From positions 39,504,437 through 39,568,436 of the forward strand of contig NC_090409.1 of NCBI RefSeq assembly GCF_036365525.1: DNA of 64,000 nt, in the 5' to 3' direction. Below are positions 1-12,199 of the stretch, one piece after another. The notes under the pieces are model-generated. The model was not told the origin of the DNA. It saw only the letters and a list, made by a program, of their open reading frames with translations, and made no database searches. The stretch comes from Heterodontus francisci. Its lineage: Eukaryota. Positions within the stretch are counted from its first letter, which is position 1; each line of letters begins with the position of its first letter. Made by a program: the position numbers and the translations under genes.

Positions 1-129
1 CTCCAGGACTAGAATTGACCAGGGATGTGTTTGCACTGGGGATGGTTCTGAAACACTAGGTGCTGACAGTCTCTGCTGTTAGTTTTGTTAGTGTGTCCCA
101 GTCTGTTAACGGCTTCATTCTGTCTCTAG

Positions 130-250
130 GTCCTGGACCCTCTACTGGATTGGTAGTTGGATTGGTCATCGCAATTCTGGTTCTTGTTTGCATAATTCTT
201 GTTCTTCTTTGCATAATTCTGGTTTTCATAATCCAAAACCGACAAAGATG
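130..250 (+). CDS. Transmembrane exon of B7/butyrophilin-like IgSF paralog A (5' part of gene lies left of the window)
   Basis: ctctag|GT acceptor and TG|gtgagt donor. Reads (G)PGPSTGLVVGLVIAILVLVCIILVLLCIILVFIIQNRQR(W). Inverted homolog of 14795-14900. Confidence 0.85.
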
Positions 251-1395
251 GTGAGTTCCAGAATGATCTGCAGTTCCCATTGTTAATTCTAGTTTTGTTT
301 TATTATATTTGGTGTTGTGGAAATGTTGTGTACACTGATACACTTTGTGCTGTGTAGGATGTTTCAATGCTGCATTATCCAGTCACTTCCAGCTTGTTGT
401 CATCCTCTAGCTGCTGAACTGAAGGTGAAGAGCAGGAATGTGCGGCTCCCTCTATCACACAGTTAATAGACACTCGCCTAATCTCTGCAGCAAACAACTC
501 ACCAGCCTACACCTAAAATCCCCTTGTCCCCTCTCCTCTGACTTTTCACCAGCCTCTGATCCTTGCTCTGTTCCCCAGTCACTGACTCCATCCCCTTCCC
601 TGGCCACTGTCTGAGGCTGAACCAGACTGTTCACAACCTCGGAGTCCTATCAGACCCTGAGCTGAGCTTCTGACTCCATATTCTCCCATCACTCAAATCC
701 CACCTACCTCCGCTTCTGTGATGTACCCTGTGTCCACTCTCATCCCTTGACCTGACCATCAGTGGTTTTGATCACTAACAATAAAATATGTTGCATTTCT
801 CTGCCTCCCTCAACATCCACATCTCCCTGCCCATCTCTTGCCCATCTGCCAGTTGTGGGGGGGAAACTATTGCAGATTCTCTAACTCTGTCCTCTGACTC
901 TTTTTTCCCCATCACAATATTTCTGCCTCCGTCAGCCTGTTTGGTCACTGCTGGGTCGGGTTTGATCACATCAGGGAATATCCTGTCCATCTGACTCCTC
1001 TCAATAATTCAGGATCAGTCTGGAGAGTCTGGACATTCCCAGCCTCCTCCTGTCTGATCTGATCCCCATCATCTTCAGCTCAGTGTTAACTGAGATCCTC
1101 ATCAATTCTTCTTAATCTCCAATGTTGAGGTGAGCTGTCATTTTTCTATTGGTCTGGTTCCTCGGTTAGCACAGGTCCTGTGGAGTGTCCAGCTCTTGCC
1201 CATTGCCTCCTCTCCTCTGCACTCTGTGCTCCATCACCGTGCAGCTCCTGTGACCCATTTTCCAGCTGCCATTGGGGCCCAGGAGGTTGAGTGTAATTTA
1301 ATCGGTCTGTGCTCCTGAACAGCTCCTTTACACACTTGTACAAAGTGTTGGATTCTTTTAATGTAACCTGAACTCTGCTGTTTTTTCCCTCCCAG

Positions 1396-1564
1396 GAAAG
1401 CGAACAAACACAACATCAATCACAATGAAGCATCTAATGTCATCCCTTTGACAGGGGTGACTTGTTTAGGTAGCAAGGTCCCATGTTTCACAACAGCACC
1501 TGAGCATCAGAATGGAGCAGCTGGAGAACAAAACCTTCTGGGGAACGGGGCTGTCCAGCACTAA
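1396..1564 (+). CDS. Terminal cytoplasmic exon of IgSF paralog A
   Basis: Polypyrimidine tract plus cccag|G. Phase matches the TM exon (TG|G=Trp). Open frame KANKHNINHNEASNVIPLTGVTCLGSKVPCFTTAPEHQNGAAGEQNLLGNGAVQH to TAA at 1562-1564, conserved in paralog 13459-13633. Confidence 0.8.
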
Positions 1565-1894
1565 CTGAGTTTACACTGCACTGAGCCTGGGTCAGGGAGG
1601 GAAAATCAGCCCAGTATTGTGGTTATCCAGTGAATCCTGGTGGAAAGTCTGAGATCGGGATCAACAATCACTTCCCACTCTGTACAAATCCCTCTGACCA
1701 GCAGAGTCTTGAGATAATCACCCAATGAAAGTTTTGTCCCGTTACTCGAAAACCTGTCCGATTGATATTTCATTGTATCTCAGTATTACTGATACAGTGT
1801 CCAAACCCAGTCTCAGGAACACACAGGACCAACTTCAGCTGTGTAACCCATTGATCACTCCCTGTGTGAGATGGTAACTTCCAAAGTATCCAAA

Positions 1895-3019
1895 TGATGA
1901 GCGAGTGGTTTTATGAAAGTGACTCTGTTTTCCTAAATAATTTTTTTAAAAAAAGGAATTTCTAGTTAAGCTAAGTAAATGTTTTTTTAATGAAGAGGAC
2001 AATGAGGGCTGATTGACCAGTGTTGCTCTTTGTCACCTGGCTGGGCTCGGCTTTGAACAGAAGCCATGGCAACAGAGGCAGAAATTGACAAGCCCAGTAA
2101 CAACAGACAAGATCTGGGTGGGCAGAGAACTGCCAAGCTGTTTGGTTGTTCGTCAGTGCGTGTGTGATACCTTCTGGAAGGAGACAAAAGTCAAATGCTG
2201 CTGAAGTGTCAAAGAAGGACAGAAAAAGGAAAGAATTCCAAGGAAGAACAGAAGACTACAACCCAGTGCTTTTACTTGCAACTCCCTCAAAGATTCTGAA
2301 GTTCAGTGTGTTAATTTGTCTTGTTCCTGCATTTCAACAAGGCCTGCTAATTTGCTTTTCAACACCGCCTGAAGAGAACTAATTCTGGAAGAATCCTTTT
2401 TAACAGTTGCTCGGACGTTGGACTGTCTGCAAGTTTGGTGCAGTGCGTCTCATCTGCTATTCTTTTAGGGTGGACACGTGATCTATTTGTGTTTTTGTCT
2501 GTAACAGAGCTCTAATCTAAAAATTCTTTTTATTTTTCCAGTTGACCGATATATGTATAAGAATATATGAACATATGAATTAGGAGCAGAAGTAGGCCAT
2601 TCAGCCCCTTGAGTCTGCTCCGTCATTCAATAAGATGTGTTTGTGTCTCACATCCCACACTCCCATCTACACCTCCCCCACCGCCCCCCATAACCTTTGA
2701 TTCCCTTGTCTAACAAGAATCTATCTGTCTCCACTTTAAATATATTCAATGATTCCGCCTCCACCACTTTCTGAGGCAGAATATATGTATATATGACTTT
2801 TATTAAAAAAAAACTTCAGGTTGCATATTCAAAAATATGCTGGTATTTTTCTTTAGCTTTTTTTAAATAAAATTGTTAATTTTGGACTGTTAAGAGGGCT
2901 GGTTAGTGTGTTCTATTCTGGGGAATAATAGTGTGGGGAAACTTTTAAAGAATATGCTGTGACCTGTGGAGAAGTGGGACTGAATTAACAGTGCACACCT
3001 CCTGCTTTGGTCATATCAA
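1895..3019 (+). mobile_element. 5' LTR of gypsy element (left boundary approximate; contains a ~220-bp CR1/SINE 3' insert at ~2557-2780)
   Basis: Ends ggtcatatca, followed by a degenerate tRNA-Pro-like PBS (tgggggctc, ~3028) and gag. Homologous LTR at 12200-13118 (-). Confidence 0.55.
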
Positions 3020-5360
3020 TATTTATTTGGGGGCTCTCTTTTTCCAGGATAAACCAACGCTGACCAAGTTCAATTGTAAGTGGGTTATAATAATTGGAAA
3101 AGGGAATATAAAAAGAACCAGGTTTCGTGTGTCATGGAGTAACATTTACACCACTGGAATGTCTTTAACAGCAGCTGCAACTTGTCTGGGGAAGGTGAAT
3201 GTATCCCTCAGTGATTTGAGATACTTAACCAAGATGAAATTAAAGGATTTGGCAGACCTGTTGACATTAGAGTTACAACCAGGGGCGAAGAAAGCAGGAA
3301 TAATTGACATAATAGCCCTACATTTGAAATTGGAAGAAGAAAGCAAACCAGAGGGTAATGCAGTTGAATTAACTAAAATTCAGTTACAGACAAAGCAACT
3401 GGAGCTTCAACAAGAAACAGAATTGGAAAAAACTTGAGGCTGAAGAAGAAATGTCAGTGGAAAAACTTGAATTTGCAAAAGAGGAAAGTGAAAAAGGGAG
3501 AGCATTTCAGAGAGAAAGAAAGAAGGGAATTTGAATTTTTTTTTAAAAGCTGGAACTAAAGTAACAGGGTGATCCTGACTCCAGGAAGAATCTAAGTCCA
3601 ACCCAGGACACAGTGAAAAGCTGTTTAAATTGATACAAGCTCTCCCTAAGTTTGAAGAAAGGGACGTAGAGGTATTTTTCATTGCTTTTGAAACGATAGT
3701 TAAACAAGTGAAATGGCCAAAGGAAAGCTGAACACTGCTTATGCAAATCAGGTTGATGGGCAGAGTTCATGAACTTTATGCCATGCTTTCTGCAGAGGCT
3801 TCCACAGATTGAGATGGTAAAAAAGGCCATTCTCACTGCGTACGAGTTAGTCCCTGAAGTTTACTGACAGAAGTTTCAGAACCTCTGGTGATTGGCTGGG
3901 CAGATTAACATAGAATTTGAGAGGGTAAAACAAATTAATTTTGATTGTTGGATACGAGCATTAAAGATGGAAACCACGTATGAGAACCTTAGAGAACGGA
4001 TTCTCCTGGAAGAATTTAAGAATTCACTCCCTCCAGTTGTAAGAACTCGGGTAGAGAATCAGAAGGTTTCAACAGCCGACAGGCAGCAGAAATTGCTGCT
4101 GATTGAGTTTGTGTATAAACTCAAACCCCTTTGTCCGTCACCTCCACAAACCCAAGCAGGATAGGAGGTGGGAGAGTGAAAGGAAGGCAAGTAGCCGGGG
4201 ACAAGAATGGACAGCTGGGAATGCACCAGGATCTCCTCCTTGGTCCAGAAAAGAAGATGCTGAGGGTGGGAGTGAGGTCCGCAAGCCTAAATGTTACCAT
4301 TGTCACAAGGTGGGACATATTCGAGCAGATTGCTGGAAGTTGTGAATTAAACCCATGGGATTTAATACGGTGCATAAAGACAATGAAGAGAAAGAGGCCC
4401 TGACCGAGCATGTAGATCAGGCTGTAGTTCTGACTGCAGCTGTAAGGACAAGTACAAAAACCACAGAGTGTAGGGGTTGTGAATAAGATACTGGAAATTC
4501 TTGTCAAAAGGAAAAGTAACTCTTATCCCTCGAGTGAGGCAGGCAAACCTATAATTATACTTAGGGATACAGGAGCCACCCAAACGTTTGCTGGGAAAAG
4601 GCATAAAATTTGCACCAGAGAGTGCACTGAATGCTAATGTTTTAGTGAATGGTATTGATGGGGAGTGTATACCCCTACCTTAGAGTGTGATCTAATGTCT
4701 GGAATGGTAACTGTAGGAGTTGTTCATAGCTTGCCAGTAGACAGAGTTGATCTACTCCTGGGGAAAGATTCCAGGACTTTTTCCTCGTGTAATAACCCGA
4801 GCAATGGCTAAACAAGTTCCATTGTCGGAGGTAAAATTGCCACCACAGTCAGGTAGTTGAATATATGAAACTATCTTTGGGGATTTAGATAATCCAAATG
4901 AAATATTTGATAAATCTTCTCTGATCACAGCTCGGCTAGCTGACCCAGAGTTGAAGAATGTGACACAAACAGCTCTATCAGAAGCTGAGGTAAAAGGAGT
5001 TCCAGAAGGCTCTGATATTGAAAATGGGATTGTGATGAGGAAGTGGAGACCTTCTCACAGACCTGTGGATGAAGACTGGACAGTTCTTCATCAGATAGTG
5101 GTATCTCTAAAGTATCACCGGGAACTATTCAGGTTAGTGCGTGGGATTCCTCCAGCGGGACATATAGGGATCCGGAAGACCGAAACACATAGAAATCAAC
5201 ATTACTACTGGCCAGGTCATTCCAAGGACATGGTGCAGTTTTGTAAAATGTGCCATACATTCCAGATTGTGGGAAAACCACAACCTGCCATAATTCCCAT
5301 CCCAGTTATTGGGGAACCATTTAGTAGGGTGTTGGTAGACTGTGTAGGACACTTAACAAA
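3020..5360 (+). mobile_element. Degenerate Ty3/gypsy (Gmr1-like) LTR retrotransposon internal region: gag, protease, integrase N-terminal part
   Basis: Gag-like LPKFEERDVEVFFIAFETIVKQVKWPK; CCHC knuckle CYHCHKVGHIRADC (~4292-4335); protease LRDTGAT (~4561); then directly integrase HIGIRKT..YYWPG..CKMCHTFQ..EPFSRVLVDCVG. The PR-IN order is diagnostic of Gmr1. Multiple stops and frameshifts. Confidence 0.85.
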
Positions 5361-5610
5361 AAGTAGTAGAGTTGGTGAGGGGGAGCCAATGGATGTGGTT
5401 TATTTGGACTTTCAGAAGGCTTTCGACAAAGTCCCACATAAGAGATTAGCGTGTAAAATTAAAGCACATGGGTTTGGGGGTAGTGTATTGCGATAGATAG
5501 AAAATTTTTTGGCGGACAGGAAACGAAGAGTAGGGATAAATGGGTCTTTTTCCGAATGGCAGGCAGTGACTAGTGAGGTACCACAGGGATCGGTGCTCGG
5601 ACCCCAGCTA
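5361..5610 (+). mobile_element. CR1 LINE RT fragment
   Basis: MDVVYLDFQKAFDKVPHKRL and VPQGSVLGP motifs. Confidence 0.85.
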
Positions 5611-5619
5611 ACCAGTGCA

Positions 5620-5990
5620 AGCCTGATTAAAAAAACAGGTTTGCACTTGCTGCTGTTCAATATTCAGTCCGTTAACACCTAATCTGTACTAATGCTTTCT
5701 CTTTCAACACACCATTAACATATTGTTTGTCTTTGCTCCATGACCTTTTGGTCAGCTATGTGGCCTTGTCCAATCTTCACCTTCTCCTTTGTTATCTCTT
5801 GCCCCACCCCCACCTCACTTGCTTATAACCTGTGACTTTTCTAATATTTGTCAGTTCTGAAGAAGGGTCACTGACCTGAAACGTTAACTCTGCTTCTCTT
5901 TTCACAGATGCTGCCAGACCTGCTGAGTGGTTCCAGCATTTCTTGTTTTTATTTCAGATTTCCAGCATCTGCAGTATTTTGCTTTTATTG
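5620..5990 (+). mobile_element. Penelope-like element terminal (pLTR) fragment
   Basis: Homologous to 31940-32253, which follows GIY-YIG coding sequence. Contains a hammerhead core. Confidence 0.75.
5850..5895 (+). ncRNA. Minimal hammerhead ribozyme motif (Penelope-associated)
   Basis: CTGAAGA-aggGTCA c TGACct-GAAA-cgtt: both conserved core boxes, stem II GGTCA/TGACC, palindromic ACGT stem III. Confidence 0.6.
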
Positions 5991-6879
5991 CTCCGTTTCT
6001 AGTTCAGCTTGGACCGCTGCGCCATCTAGTGCTGAACTCCTTTACTACAGGAACCGGACTCTGCGTTGATCTGTCCTCCCTCCCTTTGCTATTAATCTCC
6101 TCTGGGTCTGTCACCCTGCGACGATGAAGGGTTTTGATGGAGTAAAGAGGGAGAAACTTTCCAGGAAGGAAAGGAGGGAGACATTACACTGCCATCAAAA
6201 ACTCTGCTGCCCCGTATCCTAACTCACACCAAGTCCCGTTTATCCAACACCCACTTCCCCGCACTGTGCCATGTGAAACATCTTGTGATGTTCTATTACA
6301 TTAAAAGTGCTATATAAATGCAAGTTGTTGTTATGTGAATACAAACTCTTCTCTCAGTTCCGCCTCATGGCCTGGAACCCAGCTGTCTCCAAGCTGGTTC
6401 TCACCCATCCCTGTTTTTGTGAGATTGTGACTCTGTATTTCTGTGGGAGAATTATCATCCTTTCATTATTCTTGGTATGAACACCATATCCCAGCCCTTC
6501 CAATGACCCTGTGGCTAAAGGACCATCTGGTGCCCTAAGGGAAAAGATCCCTCAGCCAGAGCAGCAGCTAATATTGATCTCAGTACTCTGAGTGAGAGGG
6601 GAATGAGTGGCTGGTGTTCCTGTCCTGATCCCTGTCTGGAAACTCCTGCTGGACATCAGGATCAGGCTGAGATGCAATGTTAAATAAGCTGCTGAATCTA
6701 AAGGAGTTGTTTAACAAGGCTCTGCTCCCAGCATCGAGCCTTCCTACACAGTGAATGTAGCAACAGAGAAAGGGCCACAACACAGCAGGCCAAATATTCC
6801 AACCCTCACCTAGGTGAGTCCTTCCTGGTTTATTTATCAATTTTTAGCATTTAACCTAAACACAAAACAGATTATCTGG

Positions 6880-8080
6880 TCACTTATCTCTCTGCTACCT
6901 GTGGGAACTTGCTGTGTGTAAATTGGTGAGAAAGACACTGTATAAATGGGAGAAACTGAAACTGAATTTTACCTTTTGGAGATACATTGAACTGTTGGTT
7001 GGGGCTCTCTCCTCATGTTGCTCTGATTTGGAACATGTTTGACTGTCCGTGTGGCCTCAAGACACACGACTTTTAATGGAATCCATACTTCAGGATAAAC
7101 TAGATCTTCCTCATTGTTGTGAGTGAGTTTACTTCAGTACCCAGGACACATTGATCACTCCATTTAGTTGCTGTTGGCCTTGTTTCAGTATCTGAGACAC
7201 ATTGAATGTCCTCAAGGCTGTGGCTTTTTCACCTCTATTATAATCCCCACTTGTTATCTCTACCCCGGTGAGCAGAGGTGAGAATTCCAGTCTCTGAATA
7301 CTGGGTTTACATCCAGCAGGGAACTGGTACCCGATGGGAGCGGAGAGTCAACCCACCACCCATTGTATCTACCCAGACTCTCCTGGTAGGGCGTTGTTAG
7401 TCAGGATAAGGACCTGTCTATATAAAGAAAGAGTCTTCCTTATGGAGCACAATCTACTGGGTGTAAAAGCAGTGGAAGGAATCAGCTGCCTCATTTTAAA
7501 ATGATATATTAATTCCTGAGATGTGGGTGTCACTGGCAAGGCTGGTATTTATTGTCCATCCCGAGACACCCCTTGTGAAGGTGGTGCTGGGTCTTCTTGA
7601 ACCGTTTCAGTCCCGTGTGGTGAAGGTGCTCCCGCGGTGCCGTTAGGGAGGGAGATCCAGGATTTTGACCCAGTGACGATGAAGGAACGGCCGATATATC
7701 TCCAAGTTGGGACGGTGTGTGTGTGACTCGGATGGGAACATGGAGGCGATGGTGTTCCCATGCTCCTGCTGCCCTTGTCCTTCTCGGGGAGGCTGGAGGT
7801 TGTGGGTTTGTGAGGTTTTATTGAAGAATGTGGGACTGGGAACAGAAGAGAAAGAAGACTTGTTATCCTCCTTGTCCTGTCACCCTCCTCTAGGAAACCT
7901 CAATCCCAGACAATAAATTCATTCATTAAATAAAAAACACCTTTACAATAAATACAACTGCTTTTCCCATTCCAATAAACACTTTACCCCAATTATTCCT
8001 TCTCTGATATTCCTTACTGTGATTTGCCCCTCAATAAACTGAACTTTCTAAATTTGGTCAGTGTGACCTTTCACCTCCTG
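6880..8080. repeat. Direct segmental duplication, copy 1 (partner ~27780-28970)
   Basis: Near-identical sequence. ORF-track pairs 7549..7761/28436..28648 and 7707..7916/28594..28803. Confidence 0.9.
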
Positions 8081-8639
8081 ACACCCTTTTCAATTTCATT
8101 GTTTCGGATTACATTGGAGATACAGCAGAGAAACAGGTCATTCTTTTCCTCAATTTTAAATTATTCATTCTTGGAATGTGGGCACTGTTACCAAGGACAG
8201 CATTTATTGCCCATCCTTAATTGTCCCTGACAAGGTGGCAGTGAGCTTCCTTCTTGAACCGCTGCAGTCCATGTGGTGGATTTACACCCACAGTTCTGTC
8301 CTGTAATTTTGCTGTCGAGGTTTGATAAAACTGAGTGTCTTGCTCGGCCATTTCAGAGGGCAGTTAAGAGTTAACCACATTGCTGTGGGTCTGGAGTTAC
8401 TTGTAGACCAGACCAGACCAGGTAAGGGCGGTAGATTTACCTTCCCGAAAGGATATTAGTGAATCAGATGGGTTTTTACAACAATCGGTAATGGTCATCT
8501 TTAAACTAGCTTTTTAATTCCAGATTTAAGTGAATTCAAATTTCACCATCTGCTCTGGTGAGATTCGTAATTATCGAGTTTCCTATTATCACATTTCTAT
8601 TCTTCTCTCCCCTCCCCTGGACAGCCTCCTGACAGGGCC

Positions 8640-9340
8640 AGTGTCTGCGGGACCTCCTTCTCAACCTCTCCTAAATCCCCACTACCCAGCTCCGTATTAG
8701 TCACACCCTCCCTTTCCTGAACCTGTGTTTTCCTCTGGGGTGTATTCTGGATAAAACTGTCCAGAAATTCCTCCCCCTCTCTTATGTGTCAGAGTCTCTC
8801 CAGCTCAATGACTCTGAGCCGGAGAGATTCGAGATGGAGACATCACCTGCAGACGTGTTTGCTCAGGACAGTCTCGCTGTCCACAAACTCCCACATTCTG
8901 CAGTCCAGACACACAATCTGCTCTGCTATATCTTAAACTAGCCTTATTTTATTTATTTAACTGAAGTCTTTAATCAATGATTATTTGTAATTTTATAACG
9001 TAGTTTAACACGTGAAATAATAACCTTAATACACTACTTATACTTTCCCAGTTCTATGTTTAAACCACTGACGTAGTTTAGAGAAAAAGAAGCCTTAAAA
9101 CTCACTAACTAATCATTTACCTGTTTATCTAATTAATGCCTCTGGACTTCAGCTCTCTGGTCTCACTGTCTCCCTCTCCCTCTCTCGATCACTCCTTGTT
9201 TTGTGAAAGACCAGAACAGCACCTCTTCCCTCCCTGCGCCGAATTCCCTCACTCACCAAATTGTCCGAGTGAAGTACTCTGTCGCAGCAGTACGCCATCG
9301 TGCTGGCCTCCATGCTGCTCACTTGGTGTGTAAGTAAAAA
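8640..9340 (-). mobile_element. CR1 LINE 5' end with decayed ORF1 N-terminus
   Basis: Minus strand reads VCLDCRMWEFVD...KHVCR*CLHLESLRLRVIELERL, typical of the CR1 ORF1 zinc finger/leucine zipper start. Confidence 0.65.
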
Positions 9341-9419
9341 CCAATTCCAAAGACCTGAGTCAGGCCCTGCTGACCGGGTAAGCAGTTCTAACTCGTCACC
9401 TCATTAACTAACCGTGTAG

Positions 9420-9680
9420 CGACATGAGGGGAGGGCGGATCTTTTTTGGGCAGCGAGTGTTTGGGATGTGGAATGCGCTGCCTGAGAGTGTGGTGGAGGC
9501 ACATTCAATGGTGGCTTTCAAAAGGGAATTGGATAATGATGTGAAGAGTAAAGTTGTGCGGGGGCTAGGGGAGGAAAAGGCGGGGGGGGCAGTGAGACTA
9601 GCTGAGTTGCTCTGACAGAGAGCCAGCACAGACAGGACGGGCCGAATGGCCTCCTCCTCTGCTCTCACCATTCTCTCATT
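9420..9680 (+). mobile_element. CR1 3' end fragment
   Basis: FFGQRVFGMWNALPESVVEA..AFKRELD plus gggccgaatggcctcct 3' UTR motif. Confidence 0.8.
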
Positions 9681-9719
9681 CCATTCACTTCAACCCCTTC
9701 TCCCTCCAACGGCTTCTGC

Positions 9720-9900
9720 TCGCGCCGGGGGGGGCGGGGTCACAGCCAGCCTCCCAATCAGCGGCCGAGCCGGACTGTCACTCAGCTCTCGCCCCGCCCC
9801 CCGGCCCCGCCCCTTGGCGGCAAGGGCTTCTCCTGGCGCCAGTGTGTCAGGCTCACACTGCCGAGTGTGTGTGTGTAAGCTTCACACTACTGCTCCTGTG
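9720..9900. promoter_or_regulatory. Small CpG-rich promoter-like patch
   Basis: GC boxes (ggggcgggg, ccccgcccc x2) and CCAAT (~9754). No downstream gene identified. Confidence 0.35.
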
Positions 9901-10859
9901 TGTCTGCATGGATTGCAGATAGAATTCACACAGTCTCTGCATTAGAAATAGAAAAGCTCAGCAATCTCACACAATATCAGCTGAGTCCACATTGCCTCAC
10001 AGCTGATTCTTATTTCTAATCTTTACAGTGGCGAGTGTCTGACATTAAACTGAAATATCCCACAGCCTCTCTTCATATCTATCTCTTCAATTCAATCATT
10101 ATGGATCTGACTGCTGTCATATATAATGTTTTATACACTTCCTACATTTCCTGTTCCTGATCTCTGTCTCTCCTGTTGAAATCTTGGCGCCTGTCTCGGG
10201 GAAGGAGCTGGGCTGTGATGCCTCCCACAGTCAAATAGCCTGTCTACATCCAGTGTAACACCAGAGAGGGCCTGGAGACCGCAGAACGGTCTGGAACGAA
10301 GGTCTTGGCCATAAACGAGTTCGTTTTGGTGTGTAATGTTGATTGGACAATATATTTAAAATTTGTACAAAAAAGGGATTTGGGGGAAGTGGTTCCTGAA
10401 GATCAGGTGTTGAGGAACAAGTCTGGATCCCTGATAATGAGTTACTCTGTCAACCTCCTGATTGATCTAATGCTGGGTCAGAGGGGTTTGATCTGGTTAG
10501 GCCCCATCTGGAGTCACTGTGTTCAGTCTGGGCACCGCCCTTCAGGATGGATATATTGCCCGAGAGGGTGCAGTGCAGATTCAGCAGAATGATACTGGAG
10601 TGAAAAGGGTTAAATTACAAGGACAGGTTGCACAGACGAGGCTTGTATTCCCTTTTCTATCAAAAATTAAAAGGTGATCTAATCGCTGTGTTTAAGGTAA
10701 TTAAAGGATTTGACAGAATAAATAGGAGAGCCAACACAGATTAGATGGGCTGAACAGCCTCATTCTGAGTTGTAACTATTGTTTAATTGAGTTCTCTCCC
10801 CCTACATGCCCCATTCAGGTCAATAGCCCTGAACCAACATCACTTTAAATAAAACTGAT

Positions 10860-11030
10860 GATCTGAATCATTATCACATTGCTGTTCATGGGATCTTGCT
10901 GTGCACAAGGTAGCTGCTGCATTTCCTACATTACAACAGTAACTACATTTGAAAAAGTACTTCCCTGACTGTGAAACACTTTGGGATGTCCTGAGGTGGT
11001 GAAAGACGCTATATAAATGTAAACTCTTTC
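10860..11030 (+). mobile_element. DeuSINE-like (SacSINE1/AmnSINE-type) fragment; further copies ~27120-27270 and ~55460-55925
   Basis: gggatcttgctgtgcaca..gctgctgcatttcctacattacaacagt..aaaagtactt conserved Deu-domain-like text, recognised from memory. Confidence 0.6.
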
Positions 11031-12199
11031 TTTTATAGAGAGTACCAGAAATGCTCACACTATCAAAGCTCGACAGTCCTGCCACATCCAGTCTTGAACG
11101 GTGGGGAACAATTAAACAACAGGCGGAGGAGGCTCCATGAACATCCCCATCCTCAGTGATGGGGGAGCCCAGCACCAGTGAAAAAGACCAGGCTGAAGTG
11201 ATCACAACCATCTTCAGCTGGAAGTGCCGACTGGATGATCCATCCCGGCCTCTTCCTGAGATCCCACAATCACAGATACCGTCATCAGACAATTCAATTC
11301 ACTCCAGTTAGGATCAAGAGACTTCCTGCCTGTACACAGCAGCATCTCTGTTCAGGCAGTGACAGACAGAGTCATTAAACATAACAAGACTGTACATTCA
11401 CTAATATTAACACTGACTTCTCTTTAATCAGAGATTAAATCAAAAATTACATATAGAAAAGTAACATTAATTATACAGAATAGAGGTACAGATATAGACA
11501 AAATCTATAGGACTCAGTTTCAATTGTAGAAAACATGTATAAAATATTTACAGTATAAATTACACATAAAAACAGTGACAATGAGGACCTGGACTGCAGA
11601 GAGAGAGAGATCGGAGTCCAAGATATACAAATCATTAAAAGCTGGTGAACAGGCACAGATCCTTGAATTAATAAATATTGCTCGAGTGCAAAAGTGAGGA
11701 CTTTCTGGTAAACCTTCATAAATTCACCAGTTTCAGCTTCAGCTGGAGTATTGAGTCTGGGGATCACACTTTAGGGAGGATGTCAAGGCTTTGGAGAGGA
11801 GATTTACTAGAATGGTTCCAGGGTGAGAGACTTCAGTAACAGAAACCACAGAAGGAGCCCATTCAGCCCATTGTGTCAACACAGCCGAAAAAACTGGCCG
11901 CCCAATATAATATGTGGAGACTGGAGAAGCCACAGGCAGTTTCAATCTATAAAATATCTAGAAGATGGAATCGGTATATAAACAGTTACTGGCAATAATG
12001 TCGCTGCTGGTTTTGCCCAGTGGATGCTGCTGCACAGAGAGTTTCTGAAGCCTCTTCCCATGTTCACCACTGTGGGAGAACCATCGCTACAAGGACTGCA
12101 GTGGTTCAGGTACAGATGGACAATAAATGGGGCCCTGCCAGTATCACCCACACTGAGAACAGGTTAATAAATGCATCACAAACTACCTGATGTTCCCAC

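Larger units (their letters stand above)
1..3020. repeat. Left arm of inverted segmental duplication (partner ~12200-15029)
   Basis: Position 1 (ctccaggactagaattgacc) is the reverse complement of ~15010-15029. High identity to ~2550, then weaker through the LTR end. ORF-track pairs 788..994/14035..14256 and 1146..1343/13686..13904. Confidence 0.95.

Noticed and set aside
4951-5496. 181-aa ORF as a novel integrase-RT fusion
   Set aside because: Chance in-frame junction of a truncated gypsy integrase and a CR1 RT fragment, both decayed.
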